64,000 nucleotides of DNA from Nitrosarchaeum sp. Its GTDB lineage: Archaea; Thermoproteota; Nitrososphaeria; Nitrososphaerales; Nitrosopumilaceae. The position numbers were made by a program, and so were the translations under genes. The stretch lies in NCBI GenBank assembly GCA_965223865.1, contig OZ245020.1:736001-800000 (forward strand). The letters are read 5' to 3'. Positions 32,477-42,965 of the stretch are shown here, piece by piece (the stretch's first letter is position 1; each line of letters begins with the position of its first letter). The notes under the pieces are model-generated. The model saw only the letters and a list, made by a program, of their open reading frames with translations, was not told where the DNA came from and made no database searches.

Positions 32477-32665
32477 TTACTTTCTCCTTATTGGAATTTC
32501 TAGTAACTGGTAATGTGGTTCAATCAACATGCATTGAAAGTGAATCTGTTCTTCTGTAACGTTACTGCAGCGATGGCAGAAAAATTGGTTTGCTTCTCTG
32601 CATATGTCGCATTTTTTGTTTACTTCTTGCTCTGTTCCACATTTTCTACACAAGTCAATTCTCAT
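32477..32665 (-). CDS. Double-Zn finger protein, abutting tfb
   Basis: CRKC...CDIC...CHRC...HFQC; ends 1 nt before the tfb start. Confidence 0.8.
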   Translation of the reverse strand: MRIDLCRKCGTEQEVNKKCDICREANQFFCHRCSNVTEEQIHFQCMLIEPHYQLLEIPIRRK

Positions 32666-32703
32666 GTTGCAATGTTACGTTTCTAATTGATTTAAATGAT
32701 ATG

Positions 32704-32739
32704 AAAATTAGATGCCACTAATTAGAAGAAGCTAATTAG
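32704..32739. promoter_or_regulatory. Triple CTAATTAG-like box, 14-bp period
   Basis: aaaattag-N6-ctaattag-N6-ctaattag. Confidence 0.65.
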
Positions 32740-32825
32740 TGCAAGCTATTTGCTCTCATTTTATAGAATCAGAATGATTCTGGAACTATGTTATGTTTAA
32801 TTATAATTTCAGCTCATTTCACATA

Positions 32826-33137
32826 ATGACAACACAGACTGCATTACTGCAAGAAAAAAAACTTTGGGTTATAGTAAACACACTGAAAGAAAACGTGTCT
32901 GATGCAGAACTAGAACATGTCAGTTCCTCCATGAAAGAACTGATTGATGATTGGCATTCACAACAAAGATTTGTTTGGTCTGGTTCGTTGGACGATAACA
33001 AAACTGGAATGGCAATCTTTGAAGGGACTGATGAGGAAGCGAAGGAATTCTTTGAGAAGAATAAAAAAGCATGCTCTGGTGTCCTAGACTCTAGTCTTCA
33101 GCAATGGAACGCCATGCCGTTTCTTTCGCTGTTATAA
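32826..33137 (+). CDS. YciI-like alpha/beta protein
   Basis: FVWSGSLDD...GMAIFE...EEAKEF pattern. Confidence 0.6.
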   Translation: MTTQTALLQEKKLWVIVNTLKENVSDAELEHVSSSMKELIDDWHSQQRFVWSGSLDDNKTGMAIFEGTDEEAKEFFEKNKKACSGVLDSSLQQWNAMPFLSLL

Positions 33138-33159
33138 CCTTTTTTATTTTTTGTACAAG

Positions 33160-34116
33160 ATGATAAACAAAGGCAAAACCACAACAGCAGCAAATGGCAG
33201 CAATCACATAAGATCTGATGAATACTCTCTTTTTGAGCAATGCCCTGAATCACAATGCAAGAAAGGGCCCATTATTGCAGATGAGAGTACAGGTGACGTA
33301 ATTTGTGGCACTTGTGGCTTGGTGCTAGTTGAAAAGAGCACAGACATGAGGGAGGAATGGAATAATTTTGAAGGAAAGCAGGATAAAACCAGGGTAGGGG
33401 CAAAAACTAGCCTGGTAATCCATGACATGGGCTTGTCTACTGCCATCAAGCCTGTTAACAAGGATGCAGGAGGAAACCGTCTGTCTTTTGAGGCAAGCAG
33501 GCAGTTTCGTCGTCTTCGTATCTGGGACAACAGAAGCAAGACAAGCTCAAGGGAACGTTCGCTGCGTACTGCATTTGTCATACTAGACGGTATGGCAGAC
33601 AAGCTTGCATTGCCTGATATTGTGTCTGAAACTGCAGCATACTATTACAGAAAAATAAAGTCAAGAAATGCAAAGACAGGCAAATCTACAGCAGCGCTGG
33701 TATCGGCGGCACTTTATGCAGCCTGTCGTTTTACCCACACACCAAGAACATTGCAGGATATCGCCAAAGTTTCAAACATCAAGAAAAAGAGCCTTCAAAA
33801 GACATATCGAGATCTGGTAAAACAGCTAGACTTGCAGTTCCCGTCATATGATCCTGTTGCATTTGTAACAGGGCTATCCAGCAGAATCAAGGCAAGTGAG
33901 CAATCAAGAAGATTGGCCATTAAAATTTTGGAGGAGGCAGAAAGGAAAATGCTTCTGACAGGAAAGAATCCAATGGGAATGGCAGCTGGCGCATTGTACA
34001 TTGCATGCATCAATAATCTGGAAAACATTCCGCAGGCCGTAATTGCAAAAGAATCCGGAATCAGTAGTGTAACAATAAGGCATAGCTGCATGTCTCTCAA
34101 AAAAATAAAATTTTAG
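33160..34116 (+). CDS. tfb: Transcription initiation factor IIB, divergent paralog
   Basis: Zn ribbon, HDMGLST, cyclin repeats, GKNPMG. Confidence 0.92.
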   Translation: MINKGKTTTAANGSNHIRSDEYSLFEQCPESQCKKGPIIADESTGDVICGTCGLVLVEKSTDMREEWNNFEGKQDKTRVGAKTSLVIHDMGLSTAIKPVNKDAGGNRLSFEASRQFRRLRIWDNRSKTSSRERSLRTAFVILDGMADKLALPDIVSETAAYYYRKIKSRNAKTGKSTAALVSAALYAACRFTHTPRTLQDIAKVSNIKKKSLQKTYRDLVKQLDLQFPSYDPVAFVTGLSSRIKASEQSRRLAIKILEEAERKMLLTGKNPMGMAAGALYIACINNLENIPQAVIAKESGISSVTIRHSCMSLKKIKF

Positions 34117-34210
34117 AATTTCTTAAAAAAATAAACTTAATTTTTGTCGGAATAAACAGGATAAATAGAATTTTTGCATTGAAAACAATTTCTGATTACA
34201 AGTATTTGGA

Positions 34211-34246
34211 AAAATTAGAATGGCCTAATTAGCTTTTTCTAATTTT
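34211..34246. promoter_or_regulatory. Triple CTAATTAG-like box, 14-bp period
   Basis: aaaattag-N6-ctaattag-N6-ctaatttt upstream of TTTTAA. Confidence 0.65.
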
Positions 34247-34283
34247 CACATTATTTTTAAGACACATTATCTATACATGTTTC

Positions 34284-34472
34284 ATGGAAAATAAATCATG
34301 CAAGATTTGTAACTCAAATCTTGAAGTAGAAAGAAGATGTAAATTCTGTGATGAGCCAACAAGATTGTTTTGTCATACTTGTGGGATAATGGCAGAAAAG
34401 ATGAGTCATCCTGCATGTATGATTATTGATGCAAACACAATGCTGTTAGAAGCTCAGATTCACAGAAATTAA
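34284..34472 (+). CDS. Double-Zn finger protein
   Basis: CKIC...CKFC...CHTC...HPAC. Confidence 0.8.
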   Translation: MENKSCKICNSNLEVERRCKFCDEPTRLFCHTCGIMAEKMSHPACMIIDANTMLLEAQIHRN

Positions 34473-34564
34473 TTTTTATTTTCATTTATTTTTTTCAATA
34501 TGTCTGATGACTTGATGTTAATATTCAAATCCTAAAATAAAAAGATAAGATTTTTGAGATGCAA

Positions 34565-34957
34565 TTATTTTACATGAATCTTACACGTTTTAAAAAGATC
34601 TTTGGTTTTGTCTGCCAAAGTTGCAGCATCAGAATCAGGTTCTGCTGAAATCAAAACAATGTGGTCATACATGGGAACACTTACCATCATAACTTTGCCT
34701 CTTTTGGATGCAGTATAATCAATTGGGCCTAGCGTTTCATTGTATTCTTTTCTCATACTTACATCCAAGCTTATCTGCATGTACATCATTTTCATTTTCT
34801 CTTCGGTTTCATACGGTTCTAGATTCTTCCTAAAACCACCAGCAACCAAGTGTCCCATACTGTTAATGACTCCTGCAAACCTAACTTTAGGATCCTTGTG
34901 CATCTCATTACAAGCGTCTTCTAAAGATTTGTTTTGCTCAAAAGTCAGTAGAGGCAT
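34565..34957 (-). CDS. Roadblock/profilin-like protein (DUF6659-type)
   Basis: VRFAGVINSMG...LGPIDYTASKRGKV. Confidence 0.75.
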   Translation of the reverse strand: MPLLTFEQNKSLEDACNEMHKDPKVRFAGVINSMGHLVAGGFRKNLEPYETEEKMKMMYMQISLDVSMRKEYNETLGPIDYTASKRGKVMMVSVPMYDHIVLISAEPDSDAATLADKTKDLFKTCKIHVK

Positions 34958-35039
34958 TTTCGTTTTGCAGTATGGTAAATCAAAAATAAATTTCTTTCTT
35001 CAAAATTATATCTTCAATAAAAGAAAAAAGAAAATGGAA

Positions 35040-36686
35040 TCACATATCCATTCCAGGCATTCCGCCCATGCCACCCATTCCTCCTCCTGGAGGTCCTGGG
35101 GGAGCTGCGCTTTTGCTTCCTGCTATGACATCATCGATTCTAAGAATCATACATGCAACTTCGGTTGCCCCATTGATTACTTGCTCTTTTACAGCCAAAG
35201 GATCGTAAATGTCGCTATTTGACATGTCTGCAACATTTGCGTTTTCCACATCTATGCCATAGACGGCTTTTCCGTCAGTTGCCTTTTGCCTAAGCTGTAC
35301 CTGGGCATCAAGTGGATCCATTCCTGCGCTTTCAGCCAGGATCACTGCCATGTTCTCAATGGCGTCTGCAAACTTTTGGGCTGCTAGTTGAGAGCGTCCC
35401 TCAAGAGTGTTTGACCAGTACCTTAGCTTGTTTGCAACAAACGCTTCGGGAGCTCCTGCACCTACTAGTGCGTGTGGGTTTATTACCACGTCCTTTACTG
35501 CCATCAAGGCATCATGGATGGAACGGTCAACCTCGTCGACTATCCTTTGAGAACCTCCACGAACCAGAATGCTTACAGCTTTTGGATTCTTGCATCCTTC
35601 GATGAATACCCACTTGTCTGTCTCAACTTCTCTTTCTTCGGCAAGCTCAGCTGATCCAAGATCGTCTTTTGTTAGCTCTGCAATGTTTGTGATTACTCTA
35701 GCACCTGTTGCTTTTGAAAGTTTTATCATGTCACTTTCCTTTATTCTTCTTACTGCCATTATGCCAGCTTTTGTAAGATAATGTTGTGCCATGTCATCGA
35801 TTCCTTTTTGACATAACAGAACGTTTGCACCAGATGCAGATACTTGATCAACGAGTTTTTTGAGCATCCTGTTCTCCTCATCTATGAACTGTTGCATCTG
35901 ATCAGGAGAGTTGATGTTGATCTTTGCATCAAACTCTGTCTTTTCAATTTCTAGCGGACAGTTCACAAGAGCGATCTTTGCAGTCTTGATCTGTTTTGGC
36001 ATTGCGCCATGTACAATTTCTTTGTCCAATATGATCCCCTGGACAAGCTCAGTTGATTTCATGGAGCCTCCTGCCTTTTTCTCTACCTTGATGTTGTCAA
36101 TGTCTACCTTTGTTTTGTTATTTTGTTTTTCACTTACCGCAAGAATAGCTTCTACTACAACTTCAGATAATATCTTGGAATCGGATGTAGTGATTTTAGA
36201 TTCCATTGTAGTCTTTGCTATCTTTTTGAGAAATGCCTTGTCTTGTGGATCTACCTTAACTGCTACACTTCTTAGAATTTCCAATGCTTTGTCAGCTGCT
36301 TTTTTGAAACCATTTACCACTATTGTAGGATGAACATTTTTTTCTGTCAGCTCTTGTGCTTTTTCTAACAGAGAACCAGCTAAAATTACTGTAGATGTGG
36401 TACCATCTCCTACTTCATTGTCTGTAGTCTTTGAGATCTCAACCATCATCTTTGCTGCTGGATGTTGAACATCGATCTCCTTGAGAATTGTAGCGCCATC
36501 GTTTGTAATGGTTACATCTCCCAGAGAATCGACAATCATCTTGTCCATTCCGCGTGGACCTAGGCTTGTCTTGACCAATTCGGCCACCAGCTTTGCAGCT
36601 TGGATATTGTTTTTTTGGGCATCATGCCCTTTTGTTTCAGTTGATCCTTCCTTTAGAAGGACAACAGGTAATTGTTGTTGTGACAT
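35040..36686 (-). CDS. ths: Thermosome (group II chaperonin) subunit
   Basis: [23 protein letters not shown]-rich tail. Confidence 0.96.
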   Translation of the reverse strand: MSQQQLPVVLLKEGSTETKGHDAQKNNIQAAKLVAELVKTSLGPRGMDKMIVDSLGDVTITNDGATILKEIDVQHPAAKMMVEISKTTDNEVGDGTTSTVILAGSLLEKAQELTEKNVHPTIVVNGFKKAADKALEILRSVAVKVDPQDKAFLKKIAKTTMESKITTSDSKILSEVVVEAILAVSEKQNNKTKVDIDNIKVEKKAGGSMKSTELVQGIILDKEIVHGAMPKQIKTAKIALVNCPLEIEKTEFDAKININSPDQMQQFIDEENRMLKKLVDQVSASGANVLLCQKGIDDMAQHYLTKAGIMAVRRIKESDMIKLSKATGARVITNIAELTKDDLGSAELAEEREVETDKWVFIEGCKNPKAVSILVRGGSQRIVDEVDRSIHDALMAVKDVVINPHALVGAGAPEAFVANKLRYWSNTLEGRSQLAAQKFADAIENMAVILAESAGMDPLDAQVQLRQKATDGKAVYGIDVENANVADMSNSDIYDPLAVKEQVINGATEVACMILRIDDVIAGSKSAAPPGPPGGGMGGMGGMPGMDM

Positions 36687-36730
36687 TAAATCATCAAATG
36701 CAATTAATTACAAATCCGTTATTTTAATTT

Positions 36731-36746
36731 TGTCATACATATGACA
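36731..36746. promoter_or_regulatory. Palindromic box TGTCAT-N4-ATGACA
   Basis: In the thermosome/hsp20 divergent intergenic region. Confidence 0.6.
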
Positions 36747-36787
36747 ATCAGTCAAATACAAAATATATGTACAAAATCTTTAAATTA

Positions 36788-36803
36788 TGTAACACACATT
36801 ACA
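36788..36803. promoter_or_regulatory. Near-palindromic box TGTAAC-N4-ATTACA
   Basis: Just after TTTAAA of the hsp20 promoter. Confidence 0.6.
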
Positions 36804-36821
36804 TACACTCAGTGATTAATA

Positions 36822-37331
36822 ATGTGGTTTGATGATACATTTGATCGAGAATTTCGAAGAATGTCGGACCGCTTTTTTAACTGGGATGACATCTTTGAAA
36901 ACAATTGGTTTGGAAACCGACCAATCCAAACAGTAGGTCCTCATTACTATGGTTATACCATGACAATCGGGCCAGACGGAAAACCAGTAGTCAAAGAGTA
37001 TGGCAATTATAAACCCGGAGGAAGACCTTCTGCCCTGTCTTCAGGGACATCTGAACCATATGTAGATGAGGTCCTTGACAAGGAAAACAATTTGCTCAAA
37101 TTAGTAGCAGAGATACCTGGTGTAGAAAAATCAGACATTCAGGTTTCAGTGGATGGGAAAGCCGTTTCACTGAAAGCAGAAAATGATAATCGCAAGTACG
37201 AGACTCATGTTCCATTAAAGTACAAAGTTGATGAGAACTCTGCCAAGGCACAATACAGAAACGGAATCCTTGAACTGACATTCAATCTTGCAGAAGAGAA
37301 ACTAAAAGGCAGAGTTGTGTCAGTAGAATAA
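36822..37331 (+). CDS. hsp20: Archaeal small heat-shock protein
   Basis: GPDGKP, AEIPGV, YRNGILEL. Confidence 0.92.
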   Translation: MWFDDTFDREFRRMSDRFFNWDDIFENNWFGNRPIQTVGPHYYGYTMTIGPDGKPVVKEYGNYKPGGRPSALSSGTSEPYVDEVLDKENNLLKLVAEIPGVEKSDIQVSVDGKAVSLKAENDNRKYETHVPLKYKVDENSAKAQYRNGILELTFNLAEEKLKGRVVSVE

Positions 37332-37618
37332 CTCGAGGTGAAAGAAGATGAAGGACAACTATTCATCTATCTCAAAAATCAAGGATTCCCTTAGATCCTC
37401 AATTGCTAGTCTCCTCGTTTCCAGAAGAGACCATCAACAAGTGGAAGATTGGAAGAAGAAACTTTCCTTGAGGTAAAAGAAATTGTCTAATGCCACTTGT
37501 GCGAGTCGAAGAACAACAATCCAATCTGGAAGGAGGGGAAGATCTGTCTTCCTCTCTTCTTTGGCCGTTGAACGAGTGAAACTGCAATGGAGGTCACAGT
37601 AGTCTTAGGTGAGCGACC

Positions 37619-37738
37619 ATGAAATGCTATCATGCTGTACTGCTAAGTCAATCACCATCACGAATCAAATACAAGTGCATGTACTGTGATGAGGTATTTT
37701 CCGTGAAAAAATTGAAAACAAGTCTGAGAGGAATGTAA
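37619..37738 (+). CDS. 39-aa CxH...CxxC microprotein
   Basis: MKCYH...YKCMYCDEVF; AGGTGA upstream. Confidence 0.45.
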   Translation: MKCYHAVLLSQSPSRIKYKCMYCDEVFSVKKLKTSLRGM

Positions 37739-38003
37739 AAGATGGCAGAAGGACAGGGTTGTAATTTATGTAGTAATGAACATGACGGTAACTTTTACAG
37801 ATTTTGTAAATGTACATGCCATGATAGAATTGCAAGGCAATCTGTTGATCCATAAATCATTTTAGTTATTATTGTTTTTTCTAAAATTTTTGAATCAAAA
37901 TGTTTTGCATAATAATTATATGACAAGTCATATCTATCAATAACATTATCAAATTAGAAAATCTAACTTGCAAATTAAGTATCAGAAAATTCTTTTTTTG
38001 TTG

Positions 38004-38483
38004 ATGGCTACAAAAAAACCTGTAAAACGAGAATCAGGTCTAGTTCCATTTTGGACATCAAGTTGGGCAGACATTGACAAGTCAATTGAAAACCTGAGAA
38101 AGGATATGGAAAGAGCATTCTCATCATTTCCATCAATGTCTATGCCCAAAATGCCAGAGGCATCTTGCGATGTTATTGATGAAGGTAACCAATTCCGTGT
38201 GAAAATGGATGTTCCAGGCGTAAAGAAAAATGAGATCAGCCTCAATGTGACTGATAACTCCTTGGAAGTGTCAGCAGAGCACAAGGAAGAGTCTGAGGAA
38301 AAGAAGAAAAACTATCTAAAAAAGGAGAGAAGCCATGTCTCATATTATAGGACGTTGCCAATGTCCGAAGACGTAGTTTCAGGTAAAGTAAAGGCAAAAC
38401 TAACTGATGGGGTACTTGACATCATTCTGCCAAAAGCAAAACCAACCAAAACACAAAGGAAAAAATCAATATCAGTTCAATAA
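38004..38483 (+). CDS. hsp20: Hsp20/alpha-crystallin protein
   Basis: DVPGV, AKLTDGVLDIILPK, terminal ISV. Confidence 0.9.
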   Translation: MATKKPVKRESGLVPFWTSSWADIDKSIENLRKDMERAFSSFPSMSMPKMPEASCDVIDEGNQFRVKMDVPGVKKNEISLNVTDNSLEVSAEHKEESEEKKKNYLKKERSHVSYYRTLPMSEDVVSGKVKAKLTDGVLDIILPKAKPTKTQRKKSISVQ

Positions 38484-38522
38484 CCAACTTTTTTATTTTT
38501 TATGTCATAATACACAATCCTG

Positions 38523-38747
38523 ATGAATTATTTTCCAGAACCAAGTTGGCAGGACATACAATCATTTCTTGAAAAAGAGGGTTTTGTAGAAATAAAGTTT
38601 AATGAGAACTGGTATGTCTTTATGCAAAAGGGAAACAAGAACATACGAATTCCAAAACTAAGTAAAATTTCAAGACCGTGCTTAGAGAGCATAATTCAAG
38701 CATCTGACGTGGACAGAGATAGTTTTTTGAATTCATTGAAGAAATAA
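38523..38747 (+). CDS. HicA-like protein
   Basis: DIQSFLEKEGF...IRIP...LESIIQ spacing; no GSH. Confidence 0.55.
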   Translation: MNYFPEPSWQDIQSFLEKEGFVEIKFNENWYVFMQKGNKNIRIPKLSKISRPCLESIIQASDVDRDSFLNSLKK

Positions 38748-38776
38748 AAGATGAAATCGACAATTAGAAAATTGTT

Positions 38777-39166
38777 ATGAAAAAGAACAACTCTTCGGAT
38801 AAAATAGAAACAAACACATCATCATTGTCATTTGGAATAAGTAGTGATGAGCTATACAACATGCTTAAGACAAATGATGCGTTATTTTTACTTGATATTA
38901 GGAACCAAAATGAATACAAATCAAAACACATACAGGGTTCGGTGTTGGTTTCGTCATATCACAAAACTGATTTGGGCATGGTACCAAATATTGAAAATTC
39001 CAACAAAACACTTGTATTGATCTGCAGGAACGGAACAGAATCTAGTCAATACGCAGACATTCTTAACAAAATGGGAATCAAATCAAATTATCTGATTGGT
39101 GGAATCGAGGGATGGAATCACAGTCTGTACCATCCGTCATACATGATAGGTGAAAAATTCTCATAG
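38777..39166 (+). CDS. Rhodanese-like protein
   Basis: LLDIR...HIQGS...CRNG...LIGGIEGW. Confidence 0.85.
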   Translation: MKKNNSSDKIETNTSSLSFGISSDELYNMLKTNDALFLLDIRNQNEYKSKHIQGSVLVSSYHKTDLGMVPNIENSNKTLVLICRNGTESSQYADILNKMGIKSNYLIGGIEGWNHSLYHPSYMIGEKFS

Positions 39167-39216
39167 ACGATAGCAGTCAAATCATTTATTATATTCAATT
39201 TCAAATTCTCTGCGAG

Positions 39217-39648
39217 TTGAAAGTAAAAAGGATACTGGTGCCACTTGATGGTTCAGAGACTTCACTTCATTCTCTAAAATATGCCATTGATTTGGCAAAA
39301 CAATGTGATGCCTCCATCTTAGGCCTACATGTAATTACTGACATGAGCCTATTTACCGCAGCTCATGCAATAGTAGTAAAAGAAGACAAATGGCCAAGTC
39401 ACGTATCTGATTTTATGAAAGAGGCACAAAGTTTGGCAGAAAAAAAGGATGCAAACTATGAGCAACTAGTCATAGGCGGAAAGACTGCAGGATATGACAT
39501 TCTCACATTTGCCGAAAGCAAGACCAATGCAATTGACCTGATCATAATGGGTCGAAGGGGAAGGAGTTTTCCAAAAGAAGTGTTTTTTGGAAGTACGACC
39601 AATTTCATAATTCACAAATCCAAGGTTCCCGTTCTAGTTACAAGATGA
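39217..39648 (+). CDS. Universal stress protein
   Basis: ILVPLDGS...DLIIMGRRG...GSTT...PVLV. Confidence 0.9.
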   Translation: MKVKRILVPLDGSETSLHSLKYAIDLAKQCDASILGLHVITDMSLFTAAHAIVVKEDKWPSHVSDFMKEAQSLAEKKDANYEQLVIGGKTAGYDILTFAESKTNAIDLIIMGRRGRSFPKEVFFGSTTNFIIHKSKVPVLVTR

Positions 39649-39817
39649 AATAATACATTCTTTAGATTTTTGCAGTGTATAAGAAATTAGTTTACAATTT
39701 ACTGCTCACTAACCAATATACTTGATTTGGATAATGAAATTTTCAAAAACGAGTATTGATTCCTAATCTTGGTTTTAGATTACAACATTAAAAGATTACA
39801 AAATCCATATCGGCAAC

Positions 39818-41065
39818 GTGGTAACTGAGTTTGATGTAGTTCCTACCATTATTGGCATTTTGGTTATTGTCATTCCTTCCATGCTGCTTGGAAGACTATG
39901 TGCTAGATTTCGAATATCTGAAATATTTGGATACATCATGGGCGGGATTATTTTTGGCCATTTTGCGATTGGCGGGTTGATTTCGTTTCATGATGAACCA
40001 ATAGTTATAATGGACGATCTAATGCTGTCAATTTGGCAAATCTCAGGAATAGTAATTTTGTTTTCGGCAGGACTGCATTTTACATTTCATGATCTGCGCA
40101 GGGCAGGAATGAAGGCAGCATCGGTAGGAATTGGTGGTGTTGTAGTGCCACTGATTCTGGGATATTTTGTTACCGGTGGTTTTGGATACGAATGGCAAGC
40201 TGCAATAATTATAGGGGCCACTCTAAGTGCCACCAGTATCGCAATTTCTGTAACATCCCTAGAGGAGCTCAGAAAAGAAAAGACCACTGAAGGAAATGTA
40301 CTTGTCAATGCGGCAGTATTGGATGATGTTTTAGGAATTGCAATTCTGTCTGCAATTCTTTCAATCATAGTGACAAACTCTCTTCCTACAATCGAAACAA
40401 TCACTCTACAGACTATCGAATCTATCGGATTCTGGTTTGTGTTGTTGTTAGGAGCAGTATTTTTGCTACCAAGAATTGTGCATGCAACAACAATTGCCCA
40501 TCCAACCTCAATTGAATCACGTGGCATAAACCAAGCTGTGGCCCTAGGCTCTGCTTTTGGACTTGCTGCAATCGCAGGAGGTCTTGGTCTGAATCCAATA
40601 ATTGGAGCGTTTGCAGCTGGCATGGGATTAGCAGGATCCAAGCTAGCAATGCAAGCGCGTGAATTTGCTGGAAGACTCAAAGTAATTTTTACACCATTGT
40701 TTTTTGCAGTGATTGGTGCGCATGTGAATCTGGGCAGTATTTTTGATATTAACATTGGCGTGTTTCTTGGTATTTTAGGAGTTGCAGTAGTCAGTAAAAT
40801 TTTAGGTTGTGGAATTCCGGCATCATTTTTGCTAAAAAATCGCAAGAAGGGTTTGAGGGTAGGCTATGGAATGATTGCAAGAGGAGAGATAGCATTTGTT
40901 ACAGTTGGATTTGGTTTGTCTTATGCTGTGATTGACCAAACACTGTATTCTACCATGATCTTTGTTGTTTTGGCTACGATTTTCATTACACCAGAACTTT
41001 TGAGATTATCTTACAGAAATCAGAATTCTAATCGTCATAAATCCAATAAAACCAAATTCAAGTAA
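39818..41065 (+). CDS. Cation:proton antiporter (CPA2 family)
   Basis: Multi-TM; ATSIAIS, AAVLDD, ARGE. Confidence 0.9.
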   Translation: MVTEFDVVPTIIGILVIVIPSMLLGRLCARFRISEIFGYIMGGIIFGHFAIGGLISFHDEPIVIMDDLMLSIWQISGIVILFSAGLHFTFHDLRRAGMKAASVGIGGVVVPLILGYFVTGGFGYEWQAAIIIGATLSATSIAISVTSLEELRKEKTTEGNVLVNAAVLDDVLGIAILSAILSIIVTNSLPTIETITLQTIESIGFWFVLLLGAVFLLPRIVHATTIAHPTSIESRGINQAVALGSAFGLAAIAGGLGLNPIIGAFAAGMGLAGSKLAMQAREFAGRLKVIFTPLFFAVIGAHVNLGSIFDINIGVFLGILGVAVVSKILGCGIPASFLLKNRKKGLRVGYGMIARGEIAFVTVGFGLSYAVIDQTLYSTMIFVVLATIFITPELLRLSYRNQNSNRHKSNKTKFK

Positions 41066-41341
41066 TTTGAAAAAATTTAGCTATTTTAGTATGTTATAGT
41101 TAAAACAAAAAAACAAAGATTTTATGCATTTTAAATGAAAGTAATCCTTGAGAATTTGATTTCTGTTCTTTGGATTTTTTAAATAATTTACAATTGGGTC
41201 GTTACAAATTAAACATGAAAAAAATTCCATGATGAATTATTGATATTATATGAATATACTAGTATCACTTTTGAATATTTAATCAAATCTCATGTAATCT
41301 ACAACTATGATTGTGTAATCTGTTTTTAACGAAAAAAACAC

Positions 41342-41435
41342 TTCCATGTGGGTCTAATTTACAATACCATAACTACATCCCCATGCAGGATATGTGGGGG
41401 ACTAGTTTAGGGAGGATTTCCAGACCCACATGGAA
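41342..41435 (-). ncRNA. Candidate structured ncRNA (about 95 nt)
   Basis: Perfect 14-bp terminal stem, nested inner hairpin, locally GC-rich; ATTAAT about 28 nt upstream and T7 downstream on the minus strand. Confidence 0.45.
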
Positions 41436-42029
41436 ATAAAAATTATAAAATAAATGAAAAAAATTAATCGATTAGCATTCTGGCCATGTACCAAATCGTG
41501 TTTTCTTGTATCTAATTTTCATTGTTTTCATCTTCTCTTAGAACACTAAGTTAAATCACTTGTATGCTTCCAATATTTCGGCTTCAAACGTTGGTTCTGA
41601 CTTTCTTTTTTTGAGTCGTTGCCTGACGTTAATTAGGGAATTATTGATTTGGTATTCTAATAGATACAGTGAAGTTTCTATTGTCTCTAACATATATCAA
41701 AATCATCCTCCTTTGCAAAGATCCAAGACAATCCTATCAAATCCATCGCATTGATTCTGAGCATGTTATCAGTAGGAAGAGCGTTTTTGGCATCACTTCC
41801 ATCCAAACATGATGATTGTATTTGACTCGTTTTTTCTGATTCATATTTTTTGTTTAGCATGATTTGTTGTATCATGAAATGATTAGCCAATATCAGCTAA
41901 TTAAGACAGAAGAATTTTGAATAAAAATTATCTATAATTAACTAGTTGATTTGCATCAGAATAAAGTCAACTCATTTGTAAAAAGATTAACCGATGGGAA
42001 TAATAGAACAGACGCACGCGATTAATGTT

Positions 42030-42600
42030 TTATGTTACATCAATTGAAAATTCAAGTTGCAGACTGAGTGCCATTGGATTATCCAAACTATGCCAAACAA
42101 ATATTGTAGCAGCATATTTTCCTGCACTCTCAGGAATCCATGATACTGCAGGTCAAAAAGTCTGTCCCGTAACCAGTTTTCCTGTAATCCATGATAAGGA
42201 TTGTACTGCCTCTGATGAGTCCTGAATCTGAACCAAATATGTGAAGGGTTGATCTGTAATGTTTTTGTTTGCAATGTTGGCTGTAATCTGAATCTGTTGA
42301 TTGATCTTGATTTGAGTGATGTTGTTGCCAAACGAATCAATTACTTTGTGGCTTGAGACAGGTACCCTTTCTAATGGAGGGATAACAGGTCCAACAAAGG
42401 TGCCCGCTGAAATTTTGAGATCATCTGTCTTGGTGTATGGTTTTGGTAATGTATTGTCTTCATATTTTGCAGTTACTGTATCGCCATCAGATACACGAAG
42501 TCTATGGCCTGAAGATTGATCCTTGCTTGAAAAAGTGACGTGTCCCTCAAATATTCCGGTTGCAGGACCCGTCTCAGTTACTGCCAAGTCAATGCCTCCA
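42030..42600 (-). pseudogene. C-terminal remnant of an S-layer-like protein with in-frame TGA
   Basis: TETGPATGIFEG, YEDNTLP, LERVP; GQTF*PAVSW...ATIFVW. Confidence 0.7.
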
Positions 42601-42690
42601 GTCCTTGGGTTTCTATCTGCATCATGTTTGAAACCAGTCAGGATTACCTCACCTGCAAATAAACTCTAAGATGTCCTGATTGTAGAAATT

Positions 42691-42858
42691 TCAGCATAAA
42701 GTTGCATTCTGACATTTTAACTCACACTCAAAGTGAATCTGTTCATCCACGTACTTGTGGCACTCAATGCATTGAAATTGGGTTGGCTGCTTGCAGCACT
42801 CGCATGATTTTATAACAGCAAGTGAGTTTCCACAGTTTCTACAAGAATCGATTCGCAT
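42691..42858 (-). CDS. Double-Zn finger protein (55 aa)
   Basis: MRIDSCRNC...CECC...CIEC...EQIHFEC. Confidence 0.8.
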   Translation of the reverse strand: MRIDSCRNCGNSLAVIKSCECCKQPTQFQCIECHKYVDEQIHFECELKCQNATLC

Positions 42859-42906
42859 TACTATGATATGTTGATGTTAATACATTACACTTGGTCAGCT
42901 GATCAG

Positions 42907-42945
42907 CTTACTGGTAGTTTGAGAAATTTACCAGACTCTATGAGA
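42907..42945 (+). promoter_or_regulatory. TACTRGTA-type promoter block, copy 3
   Basis: cttactggta...tttacc...tctatgag, 59 nt before ATG 42966. Confidence 0.65.
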
Positions 42946-42965
42946 TACCATGACATACCATAACC

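Noticed and set aside
37338-37600. Further short ORFs downstream of hsp20
   Set aside because: Several competing frames; no paralog or motif support
40087-40845. 252-aa antisense ORF and many similar shadow ORFs
   Set aside because: Opposite-strand shadows of confidently identified genes
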